From contig NZ_SADB01000021.1 of NCBI RefSeq assembly GCF_009669305.1, positions 1 through 24,000 of the forward strand: DNA of 24,000 nucleotides. The letters run 5' to 3'. A program made the translations under genes and the position numbers. Every line of letters starts with the position of its first letter. The first letter of the stretch is position 1. The notes beneath the pieces were generated by a model, which worked only from the letters and a program-made list of their open reading frames with translations, was not told where the DNA came from and did not search any database. This DNA is from Ancylomarina sp. 16SWW S1-10-2. Its GTDB lineage: Bacteria; Bacteroidota; Bacteroidia; Bacteroidales; Marinifilaceae. Positions 17,202-24,000 of the stretch are shown piece by piece.

Positions 17202-18461
17202 ATGAAAAAGGAGATATTTGAGCCGTTTAATGTTAGCGATAATAATTTTGAGCAGTGTGTAAAATGTACTATTTGTACCGTTTACTGTCCTGTTTTGGAA
17301 GTTAATCCAGATTATCCTGGACCTAAGCAGTCGGGACCTGATGGAGAACGATTACGCCTAAAGGATGCAAGTTTTTACGATGAGGCGTTAAAGTTATGTC
17401 TTAACTGTAAACGTTGTGAGGTAGCTTGTCCACACGGTGTTAAAATTGGAGATATTATTCAGTTAGCTCGAATTAAATATAGCAAGAAGAAGCCAAAGGT
17501 TAGAGATATGATTTTGGCTAATACAGATATTGTAGGAACAATGGCGAGTACATTTGCACCTATAGTTAATCCTATAGTTGCTCTTAAGCCAGTTCGACGT
17601 ATAATGGATTCTGTGCTTAAAATTGATCATCATAGAATATTCCCTAAGTATGCAGGATTGAGATTTGAATCTTGGTATCGCAGATACGCAGAAAAGAAAC
17701 AAAACGATTTTAAGAAGCATGTTAGTTATTTTCATGGATGTTATGTGAATTATAACTTTCCTCAGTTGGGTAAAGATTTAATTAAGATTATGAATGCTTG
17801 TGGTTATGGCGTTCATCTTCTCGAAAAGGAAAAGTGTTGTGGTGTTGCTTTAATTTCCAATGGGTTGATTAAGCAAGCAACGAAGCAGGCTCTTCATAAT
17901 GTAGAAGCTTTTAAGAAATCTATTGTAGATAAGAATATGCCAGTCATATCTACATCATCAACTTGTATTTTTACTATTCGAGATGAGTATCCACATTTAT
18001 TAGGTATCAAAAATGACGAAATTCGTGACGAAAGTGAATTGGCTACCCGTTTTTTATATCGTTTAATCGATTCAGGAAAATTGAAACTAGTTTTCAAAAA
18101 GAATTATAAGAAACGTATTGCCTATCATACACCATGTCACATGGAGAAATTGGGTTGGTCAATATATTCAACATCGCTTTTGCGTATGATTCCAGGCGTA
18201 GACTTTATGGCACTTGAATCGTTATGTTGTGGTATTGCTGGTACTTATGGTTTCAAAAAGGAGAATTACGAAACTTCACAAGGTGTTGGTAAACCTCTTT
18301 TTGAGCAAATAGAAAGTTCAAAAGCAGATTTTGTTGCTACCGATTGTGAGACTTGTAAGTGGCAAATTGAAATGTCTACTTCTTTAAAGGTTCAGCATCC
18401 AATTTCTATACTTGCCGAGGCATTAGATGTGGAAGCTACAATGAAACTATGGAACGCGTAA
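17202..18461 (+). CDS. glpC: Anaerobic glycerol-3-phosphate dehydrogenase subunit C (Fe-S / CCG-domain subunit)
   Basis: 419 aa. It has two 4Fe-4S ferredoxin motifs (CVKCTICTVYCP and CLNCKRCEVACP) and two cysteine-rich CCG motifs (CCGVA and CCGIAG). Confidence 0.9.
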   Translation: MKKEIFEPFNVSDNNFEQCVKCTICTVYCPVLEVNPDYPGPKQSGPDGERLRLKDASFYDEALKLCLNCKRCEVACPHGVKIGDIIQLARIKYSKKKPKVRDMILANTDIVGTMASTFAPIVNPIVALKPVRRIMDSVLKIDHHRIFPKYAGLRFESWYRRYAEKKQNDFKKHVSYFHGCYVNYNFPQLGKDLIKIMNACGYGVHLLEKEKCCGVALISNGLIKQATKQALHNVEAFKKSIVDKNMPVISTSSTCIFTIRDEYPHLLGIKNDEIRDESELATRFLYRLIDSGKLKLVFKKNYKKRIAYHTPCHMEKLGWSIYSTSLLRMIPGVDFMALESLCCGIAGTYGFKKENYETSQGVGKPLFEQIESSKADFVATDCETCKWQIEMSTSLKVQHPISILAEALDVEATMKLWNA

Positions 18462-18549
18462 ATTGTTGAAAATTAGAATGAACGCCTCTTTTAGTGAAAG
18501 GCATTCATAAAAAGAATTTATATAAGTAAAGTCTAGTTTTTCAGATGAA

Positions 18550-18596
18550 TGTCGTAGATATAGGATCTGTATTTCCTTTATTTACGGCATTTTTTT
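18550..18596 (+). terminator. Rho-independent terminator-like hairpin after glpC
   Basis: TGTCGTA (18550-18556) pairs with TACGGCA (18583-18589) with one G-U pair. An imperfect AT-rich extension continues inside the stem, and the hairpin is followed directly by TTTTTTT (18590-18596). Confidence 0.5.
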
Positions 18597-18634
18597 GTTG
18601 AATTTTAAACTTAGTTTAATTGTGATACTCTATT

Positions 18635-20590
18635 TTATCCTTTATAAAAGTGTTTTTTTATGAGAGTAAGTAATATTTTTGAATTAATAGGTTTTGATAA
18701 ATAATCATTACATCCTGATTCTATAGCTTTTTCTTTATCTCCAGATAAACCATAGGCTGTTTGTGCAATAATGATTACATTTTTATTAAACTCTCGTATT
18801 TGTTTTGTGGCTTTATAGCCATCCATTTTTTGCATTTTAATATCCATTAAAATCAAATCAATATCAGGATTATTACGACAAGCTTCAACGGTTTCAATTC
18901 CATTTATGGTCTTTATAATTTTGTGACTAAATTTCTTGCTAATTATTGTTAATAATGATGCCGATGTTTCATCATCTTCAGCAATTAATATTTTTAAATC
19001 TAAGGATTTGGGTAGAATAGTACACTCTTCCTGATCTAATATTATCTCATTATTGGTATGGTGTTTTTCATTTTTTTCGGTATCATAAGGCAATGTGAAA
19101 TAGAATGTTGATCCCAATCCTTCTTTACTTTCTACCCAAATAGTTCCACCAAGCATTTCGACATACGATTTGGTAATTGTTAAACCAAGTCCGGCACCTT
19201 GTAGTGCCATTTTATCCATAATATCAGCTTGTATAAAACGTTCAAAAATAGCAACTAAACGGTCTTTCTGTATTCCAATTCCTGTATCTTTCACGTAAAA
19301 TTCGAGTTGTGTCTCCTTTCTATTGTAACCAAACTCTATAGAACCTTTGTTTGTATATTTAATAGCATTTTTTACGAGGTTTGTGATAATTGCAAAAACT
19401 TTTTCGCGGTCGGTAAAAATGACTGCTTCGTCGGTTGGTAATGTGTTTTTGAAAGTTAGTTTTAATCCTTTTTCTTCAGCTTCAGGTTTGAAGAACGTAT
19501 CTATATATTCGATTTGTTCATTAACGTTTGAATATTTTTTGTCAATTTTCATTAAGCCAGCTTCAATCTTCGAAATATCAATAATATCATTGATGATATT
19601 TAGCATACGCAGACCGCTTTTTTCAATCAATTCGATAAATTCCTTCTGCTTATAGGACTCAAGTTTTGGTTCTTTAAGTAAACCTGCAAATCCGAGTATG
19701 CCATTCATTGGCGTTCGAATTTCGTGGCTCATATTAGATAAAAATGCTGTTTTTAAGCGATCACTTTCCTCGGCTTTTTCTTTTGCTTTAATTAATCTTA
19801 TTTCCATTAATTTTTGCTCAGAAATATCGGTTTGAGAACCAGCTACCCTGTATGGTTTGTTGTTTTTGTCGTATATGGCTTTTCCTCGAGCAAAAATCCA
19901 TTTATACTGACCATTTTTGCATTTTAATCGAAATTCAGCCTTATAAAAAGGCGTTTCTTTTTTTAAATGGTTTCCAAGTGCAGCAATAGTCAATTCTTTA
20001 TCATCAGGATGTAGGAGTGATTCCCATGATGAATAATTATTCTCAATTTCATGATCTTCGTATCCCAGCATTGATTTCCATCGTGAGGATAAATAGATTT
20101 CATTGGATTTTAAATCCCAATCCCATATGCCATCTTGAGAACCTTCTATAGCTAGCTTAAATCGTTCTTCACTTATCTTTAGTTTTTCTCTATTTATGGC
20201 ACTTTTTTCAATTTCCTCTTTCAGTTGAAGCGCCTTTTTCATTGCAGAATCTAGGCGTGTAAGTCTTTCTTTTACCACATAATCCCATGCGCCTTTTTTT
20301 ATAGTTTCCGCAGCGGTTTCTTCATCTATTGTTCCGGTAACAATGATAAAAGGTGTCAATGGACATTTTTGTTTGGCAAATTCTAAAGCATCTAATCCCG
20401 TGAATCCAACAAGGTTGTAATCTGAAAGAATAATATCTGGAATATAGTCATCAATGGTTTCCATAAAATCATCAAACTCAAAAACATGTTTGAATTGATG
20501 TTTTATTGAACTTTTTAAAATCTGATGATGAATTAATTCGGCATCATATATATTATCCTCTAAAAGCAATATTTTTACGGTTTCTTTCAT
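18635..20590 (-). CDS. Hybrid sensor histidine kinase with REC-PAS-HisKA-HATPase-REC architecture
   Basis: 651 aa. The N-terminal receiver shows LLLEDN, IILSDYNL, IIVTG and VVKE. The PAS domain reads FKLAIEGSQDGIWDWDL...GQYKWIFARG. The transmitter has H-box SHEIRTPMNGILGF, N-box NLVKNAIKYT and G-boxes DTGIGI and GAGLGL. The C-terminal receiver shows ILIAEDD, LILMDIKMQKMDG and LSKP. Confidence 0.9.
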   Translation of the reverse strand: MKETVKILLLEDNIYDAELIHHQILKSSIKHQFKHVFEFDDFMETIDDYIPDIILSDYNLVGFTGLDALEFAKQKCPLTPFIIVTGTIDEETAAETIKKGAWDYVVKERLTRLDSAMKKALQLKEEIEKSAINREKLKISEERFKLAIEGSQDGIWDWDLKSNEIYLSSRWKSMLGYEDHEIENNYSSWESLLHPDDKELTIAALGNHLKKETPFYKAEFRLKCKNGQYKWIFARGKAIYDKNNKPYRVAGSQTDISEQKLMEIRLIKAKEKAEESDRLKTAFLSNMSHEIRTPMNGILGFAGLLKEPKLESYKQKEFIELIEKSGLRMLNIINDIIDISKIEAGLMKIDKKYSNVNEQIEYIDTFFKPEAEEKGLKLTFKNTLPTDEAVIFTDREKVFAIITNLVKNAIKYTNKGSIEFGYNRKETQLEFYVKDTGIGIQKDRLVAIFERFIQADIMDKMALQGAGLGLTITKSYVEMLGGTIWVESKEGLGSTFYFTLPYDTEKNEKHHTNNEIILDQEECTILPKSLDLKILIAEDDETSASLLTIISKKFSHKIIKTINGIETVEACRNNPDIDLILMDIKMQKMDGYKATKQIREFNKNVIIIAQTAYGLSGDKEKAIESGCNDYLSKPINSKILLTLIKKHFYKG

Positions 20591-20600
20591 GCTTATTCAG

Positions 20601-21032
20601 TTACAATGATTCATTTATTAATAGCCAATAAAGGCCTAAAGTTGAAACAGCTTCAGAAAAGTTTTCAAATTTTATGGGTTTTACCACATAAGAGTTTACA
20701 CCATAATTGTAGCTTTCTAATATGTCTTGTTCTTCGCTTGACGATGTTAATACAACCACAGGAATATTTTGTGTCTGTTCTTCTGATTTTAACTTTTTTA
20801 ATATTTCAAGTCCGCCAACCTTTGGAAGCTTAAGATCTAAAAGTATTATTTTTGGTCTTTCGTTTTTATCTCTTTCTACATATCTACCAGTAGCAAATGT
20901 ATATTCTAAGGCTTCTTCACCATCTTTAATTACTTGGATACTGTTTGCAACATTGTGCTTTCTTAAAGCTCTTAAGGTTAATTCTATGTCATTAGGGTTA
21001 TCTTCAATGTATAATATGTCCTTTGTTTCCAT
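20601..21032 (-). CDS. Single-domain response regulator (receiver only, Rcp1/CheY-like)
   Basis: 143 aa. Receiver motifs are [28 protein letters not shown] and YVVKP. There is no output domain. Confidence 0.9.
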   Translation of the reverse strand: METKDILYIEDNPNDIELTLRALRKHNVANSIQVIKDGEEALEYTFATGRYVERDKNERPKIILLDLKLPKVGGLEILKKLKSEEQTQNIPVVVLTSSSEEQDILESYNYGVNSYVVKPIKFENFSEAVSTLGLYWLLINESL

Positions 21033-21055
21033 AAGTTAACTAATATAGTTTAGAT

Positions 21056-23080
21056 TTATAAGGTAAAAAAGAATGTTGTGCCTTTATTTATTTCTGATTC
21101 AACCCAAATTTTACCTCCATGTTTGAGAATAATTCGTTGAACGATAGACAAACCAATTCCTGTTCCTGGAAATTCTTCAACAGTGTGTAAGCGTTGAAAA
21201 ACATCGAATATTCTTCCGGCATACTTCTTATTGAATCCAATTCCGTTATCCTTAATATAAAATACATTTCTTTTATTCTCATTCGTACAACCAATTTCCA
21301 CAATAGCATTTTCAACTTTACTCGTGAATTTCACAGCGTTTGATATCAAGTTTTGTACGACATGGTAAATGAGTTTTTCATCCGCATTTATTAAGGGTAG
21401 AGGCTTTATTTTATAACTAATTTTTCTATTTTGAATACTGGGTTCTAGTTCCCTTTTTACTCTTTGCACAATTGTCAGCAAGTCAACCTGCGATTTATCC
21501 AATTTAGTACGTGCCATGCGCGAGAATTCAAGCAAATCAGTAATTAGTTGACCCATGTTTTCTGCATTGTCTATAACAAGGTTTATGTAACGATTCGATT
21601 CAGAATTTAGCTGTGGAGCATAATCTTCTTTTAATATTTGTGAGAATCCAATAATAGCTCGTAAGGGTGCTTTCAAATCATGTGAAACTGAATATGAAAA
21701 GGCTTCCAATTCCTTATTTGCATCTAGGAGTTTATTATTAGAAATTTCCAATTCCTTTCTAATATCATTAACATCTTCCAATAAATAGGTAAGAGCTTCT
21801 TGCGATCTACTAAGTTTTAATGTTTTGTCATTTAATTCTCTTGTCCGTTCTTCAATTAAACCTTCCAAGTCATTTTTATGTGTAGCCAGTTCTAGTTCAT
21901 ATTTTTTTTGTTTAGTTATATCTCTAATTTGTGTAAAAAGCTGATTGGGCTGATTATTACTATCTCTAATAATTGATAACGAAACTTGACCAAATATTAT
22001 TTTCCCTGATTTATGTACATAAGCTTTACTAAGTGAGCTGTCTTTAATATTTCCTTCAAGTACTTCTTTTACAAATTTTTCTCCTACAAGTTTATCTTCT
22101 TTTGTAGTAATGTCAGTATAATTTAGGTTTATTAATTCCTCTTTGGAATAGCCCACAAAATCGCAAAAATAGTTGTTGGCCTTTTGTATCTTACCTTCTA
22201 TTGTTGTAGTTACTATACCAATATTAGCATTTTCAATTGAACTCTCAAGTAGATTTTGAGCTTTTCTAAGTTCATTTGTTCGATTATTTACTTTTTCTTC
22301 TAGAGTTTTTTCTCTGTTTTCAAATTCAGAAATTGCATAATCAAGTATAGTAAGTTGGTTGCCATCAAAATTCGGGAATTGTTTAATTTTATCACCAGAT
22401 GCATTTTTAATACGTTTAATCATATTGTTGATTGAACTTGATATGCTGTAGAAAATCCAAAGAAATATGATAATACCTAAACACAAAGCCCCAATAAAAA
22501 ATAGAAGGAAACTACTTTTTGCATGGTTTAAAATATTTACTAAATTTTGATTGAAACTTGCCGCTTTTTCATCTGCATAATCAATCATTAGACCCGTTTT
22601 CTTTAAAAGTAATAGGATGTGATCGTTTCCTTTTCCCTTCGCGATTTTTGCAGCTGTATTTTTGTCACCATTCTTCACTAGGTTAATAATTTCATCTCTA
22701 ATTGGTTTCCAGTTAACAAAAGTGGCGAAAGCGTTATTCATTAATTCTAAATCACCAAGAAATTTCTCTCTTACAATTTTAAAGTTATCATATATGAGTT
22801 GTTCATTTCTATTTATTAGGTTTATTGAATTATTTAATTCAATTTCGTTTTCAGACAATACGATGTCACTCATAGAACGATGTATGGCATTGATATAAAT
22901 ATCAATATCGCGAGCACTTTTGTTCACTGTATATGGGTGTTCAAAAATGTCATTGGTTACTTTATTAATCTCTTGAATATCTCTATAATAGAAAACACTA
23001 CTGATGCTAAAAGATAAAATGATCAAAAGTAAACCTATAAATAATCGAGTTTGAAATTTTGGATGTTTAATTTTTCTCAT
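21056..23080 (-). CDS. Sensor histidine kinase: TM, four-helix-bundle-like periplasmic domain, TM, PAS, HisKA, HATPase
   Basis: 674 aa. Two hydrophobic segments (LFIGLLLIILSFSISSVFYY and FLLFFIGALCLGIIIFLWIF) flank a ~150-aa helical domain that resembles MCP-type four-helix bundles, which is my recollection. A PAS domain follows. The transmitter has H-box SHDLKAPLRAIIGF, N-box NLISNAVKFT and G-boxes DNGIGF and GTGIGL. Confidence 0.85.
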   Translation of the reverse strand: MRKIKHPKFQTRLFIGLLLIILSFSISSVFYYRDIQEINKVTNDIFEHPYTVNKSARDIDIYINAIHRSMSDIVLSENEIELNNSINLINRNEQLIYDNFKIVREKFLGDLELMNNAFATFVNWKPIRDEIINLVKNGDKNTAAKIAKGKGNDHILLLLKKTGLMIDYADEKAASFNQNLVNILNHAKSSFLLFFIGALCLGIIIFLWIFYSISSSINNMIKRIKNASGDKIKQFPNFDGNQLTILDYAISEFENREKTLEEKVNNRTNELRKAQNLLESSIENANIGIVTTTIEGKIQKANNYFCDFVGYSKEELINLNYTDITTKEDKLVGEKFVKEVLEGNIKDSSLSKAYVHKSGKIIFGQVSLSIIRDSNNQPNQLFTQIRDITKQKKYELELATHKNDLEGLIEERTRELNDKTLKLSRSQEALTYLLEDVNDIRKELEISNNKLLDANKELEAFSYSVSHDLKAPLRAIIGFSQILKEDYAPQLNSESNRYINLVIDNAENMGQLITDLLEFSRMARTKLDKSQVDLLTIVQRVKRELEPSIQNRKISYKIKPLPLINADEKLIYHVVQNLISNAVKFTSKVENAIVEIGCTNENKRNVFYIKDNGIGFNKKYAGRIFDVFQRLHTVEEFPGTGIGLSIVQRIILKHGGKIWVESEINKGTTFFFTL

Positions 23081-24000
23081 CTGTTTTTTAGTTTATTGAT
23101 TTCATTTTTCAGATCGTTAATTTTAAATTCTCGATCAACAAACAAATTATTAAAACGCTCCAGTTCTTTATTTTTCGTTTCTAATTCTTTGGTTCTTTCT
23201 TTTACTAACTCTTCTAGATTCTCACGATGTTTAGTGAGTTCTTGTTCTGCTAATTTTCGTACGTGAATATCAGAACCAACAGCAGTAGATATTCCATTTT
23301 CATCTGCTTTTGTTCCATGCCATGCTATCCATTTATATAAGCCGTTTTTACACAAGTAACGATTTTCAAAAGAGCTAGTTTTTTTGCCTTTCATCTGATC
23401 TAAGGCTTCATCAATTGTTTTTTGTCTATCATCAGGATGGACAAAATCAATAAATGGTTTTGATGTAAATTCTTTATTTGAATATCCAAGTATTTTGTTT
23501 ACTGCTTTATTTGCTTCAACAAAATAGCCTGTGTTGATATTCGCTTTACATATTATGCTAGGTGATATATCAAACGTATTTCTGAGATTCTTTTTTGTAT
23601 TGATTAAGTCTTTATTCTGTTTTAATAAGATTAACTCATTTTTTTTTAGTGAAAATTGCGTGTTTTTAAGACGCAGTAATGTATATGCAATTCCAAAAAT
23701 TAATATAAATAGGAATATTATAGTAATTATAATTGGTGGAGAAAACGGAGAGGTAATTTCACTTTTCACCTGCAATTTCATCCCATTGTTTAAGGAACTT
23801 AGCGATTTTTGTGCATATATGACATTTGTGTCAAATTTCTTTTTTGATGATTCAGCTATAATTACATCCTCATTGTTAAGTAAGCTGAAACAAGTATTTG
23901 AATATTTTTCAATATCAATCCAAGTATTAATTACATTCTTACTTGAATAAACTGCGGCAAACAAGCCCCTAAATTTATTTTCATTAAAAGCAGGAATCCA
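23077..24000 (-). CDS. Membrane sensor protein (Cache-like periplasmic region, TM, PAS, coiled coil) with no transmitter or output domain; the N-terminus lies outside the window
   Basis: The track start at 23964 is TTG, and the frame stays open to nt 24000 (...WIPAFNENKFRGLFAAVY...), so the gene is truncated by the window edge. The TM segment is PIIITIIFLFILIFGIAYTLL. The PAS domain reads FVHPDD...ENRYLCKNGLYKWIAWHG. The C-terminus is a heptad-rich helix, LEELVKERTKELETKNKELERFNNLFVDREFKINDLKNEINKLKNR, followed by the stop. That stop overlaps the next gene's ATG in the sequence ATGA (23077-23080). Confidence 0.75.
   Translation of the reverse strand, partial: WIPAFNENKFRGLFAAVYSSKNVINTWIDIEKYSNTCFSLLNNEDVIIAESSKKKFDTNVIYAQKSLSSLNNGMKLQVKSEITSPFSPPIIITIIFLFILIFGIAYTLLRLKNTQFSLKKNELILLKQNKDLINTKKNLRNTFDISPSIICKANINTGYFVEANKAVNKILGYSNKEFTSKPFIDFVHPDDRQKTIDEALDQMKGKKTSSFENRYLCKNGLYKWIAWHGTKADENGISTAVGSDIHVRKLAEQELTKHRENLEELVKERTKELETKNKELERFNNLFVDREFKINDLKNEINKLKNR

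Noticed and set aside
15408-18097. Minus-strand ORFs at 15408-15665, 17463-17735 and 17894-18097 inside glpA and glpC.
   Set aside because: They are antisense shadow ORFs within strongly supported glp genes.
14315-18461. Locally high GC at the 5' end of glpA (two 60-nt rows at about 53% by hand count) as a sign of horizontal transfer of glpABC.
   Set aside because: Other parts of the same operon drop to about 27% GC in hand-counted rows. The heterogeneity therefore follows conserved FAD-binding codons rather than an island-wide shift, and there are no flanking mobility genes or repeats.
19347-23950. Plus-strand ORFs at 19347-19655, 20606-20833, 20722-21039, 22662-22898, 23051-23266 and 23531-23950, plus the minus-strand out-of-frame ORF at 21088-21315.
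   Set aside because: All overlap the two-component genes, either antisense or out of frame. Their translations are Ser/Phe/Leu/Ile-rich low-complexity sequence.
1-24000. I searched by eye for tRNA/rRNA signatures, CRISPR-like regular repeats, IS or transposon ends, integrases, phage genes and defence genes.
   Set aside because: I found none. There are no periodic direct repeats, no T-loop-like GGTTCGAAT context outside coding sequence, no transposase or integrase-like ORFs, and every large ORF has a plausible housekeeping, metabolic or signalling assignment.

Overview
This is a low-GC chromosomal segment that looks like Bacteroidota. Supporting signs are TAnnTTTG-type -7 promoter boxes, tight gene packing without obvious Shine-Dalgarno dependence, a lipobox lipoprotein and the protein family content. 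The organism call is an inference. Gene order, left to right:
- 3' end of an SDR oxidoreductase (+)
- a 2-keto-3-deoxygluconate (KDG) module: kdgK, eda, a FadR-type GntR regulator, a TSUP/TauE-family permease and a second kdgK paralog (all +)
- a DUF1847-like gene and a PHP phosphoesterase gene with their own promoter (+)
- maltose/galactoside O-acetyltransferase, an NAD(P)-binding SDR fused to DUF2867, and a YcaQ/AlkZ-like DNA glycosylase (all -)
- a CAP/SCP-domain lipoprotein (+)
- an orphan sensor histidine kinase with a solute-binding-protein-like periplasmic domain (+)
- anaerobic glycerol-3-phosphate dehydrogenase glpABC (+)
- a tightly packed minus-strand signalling cluster running off the right edge: a transmitter-less Cache-like/TM/PAS sensor, then a sensor kinase, a single-domain receiver and a REC-PAS-HK-REC hybrid kinase.
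I saw no rRNA, tRNA, CRISPR array, transposase, integrase, phage gene or recognisable defence gene, so I cannot support a claim of a clear novel system. The most unusual items are the output-less multi-kinase cluster with its truncated sensor (18635-24000), the TSUP permease and second KDG kinase unit, and the DUF1847-PHP pair. All long antisense ORFs in the six-frame track look like shadow ORFs of a low-GC genome.
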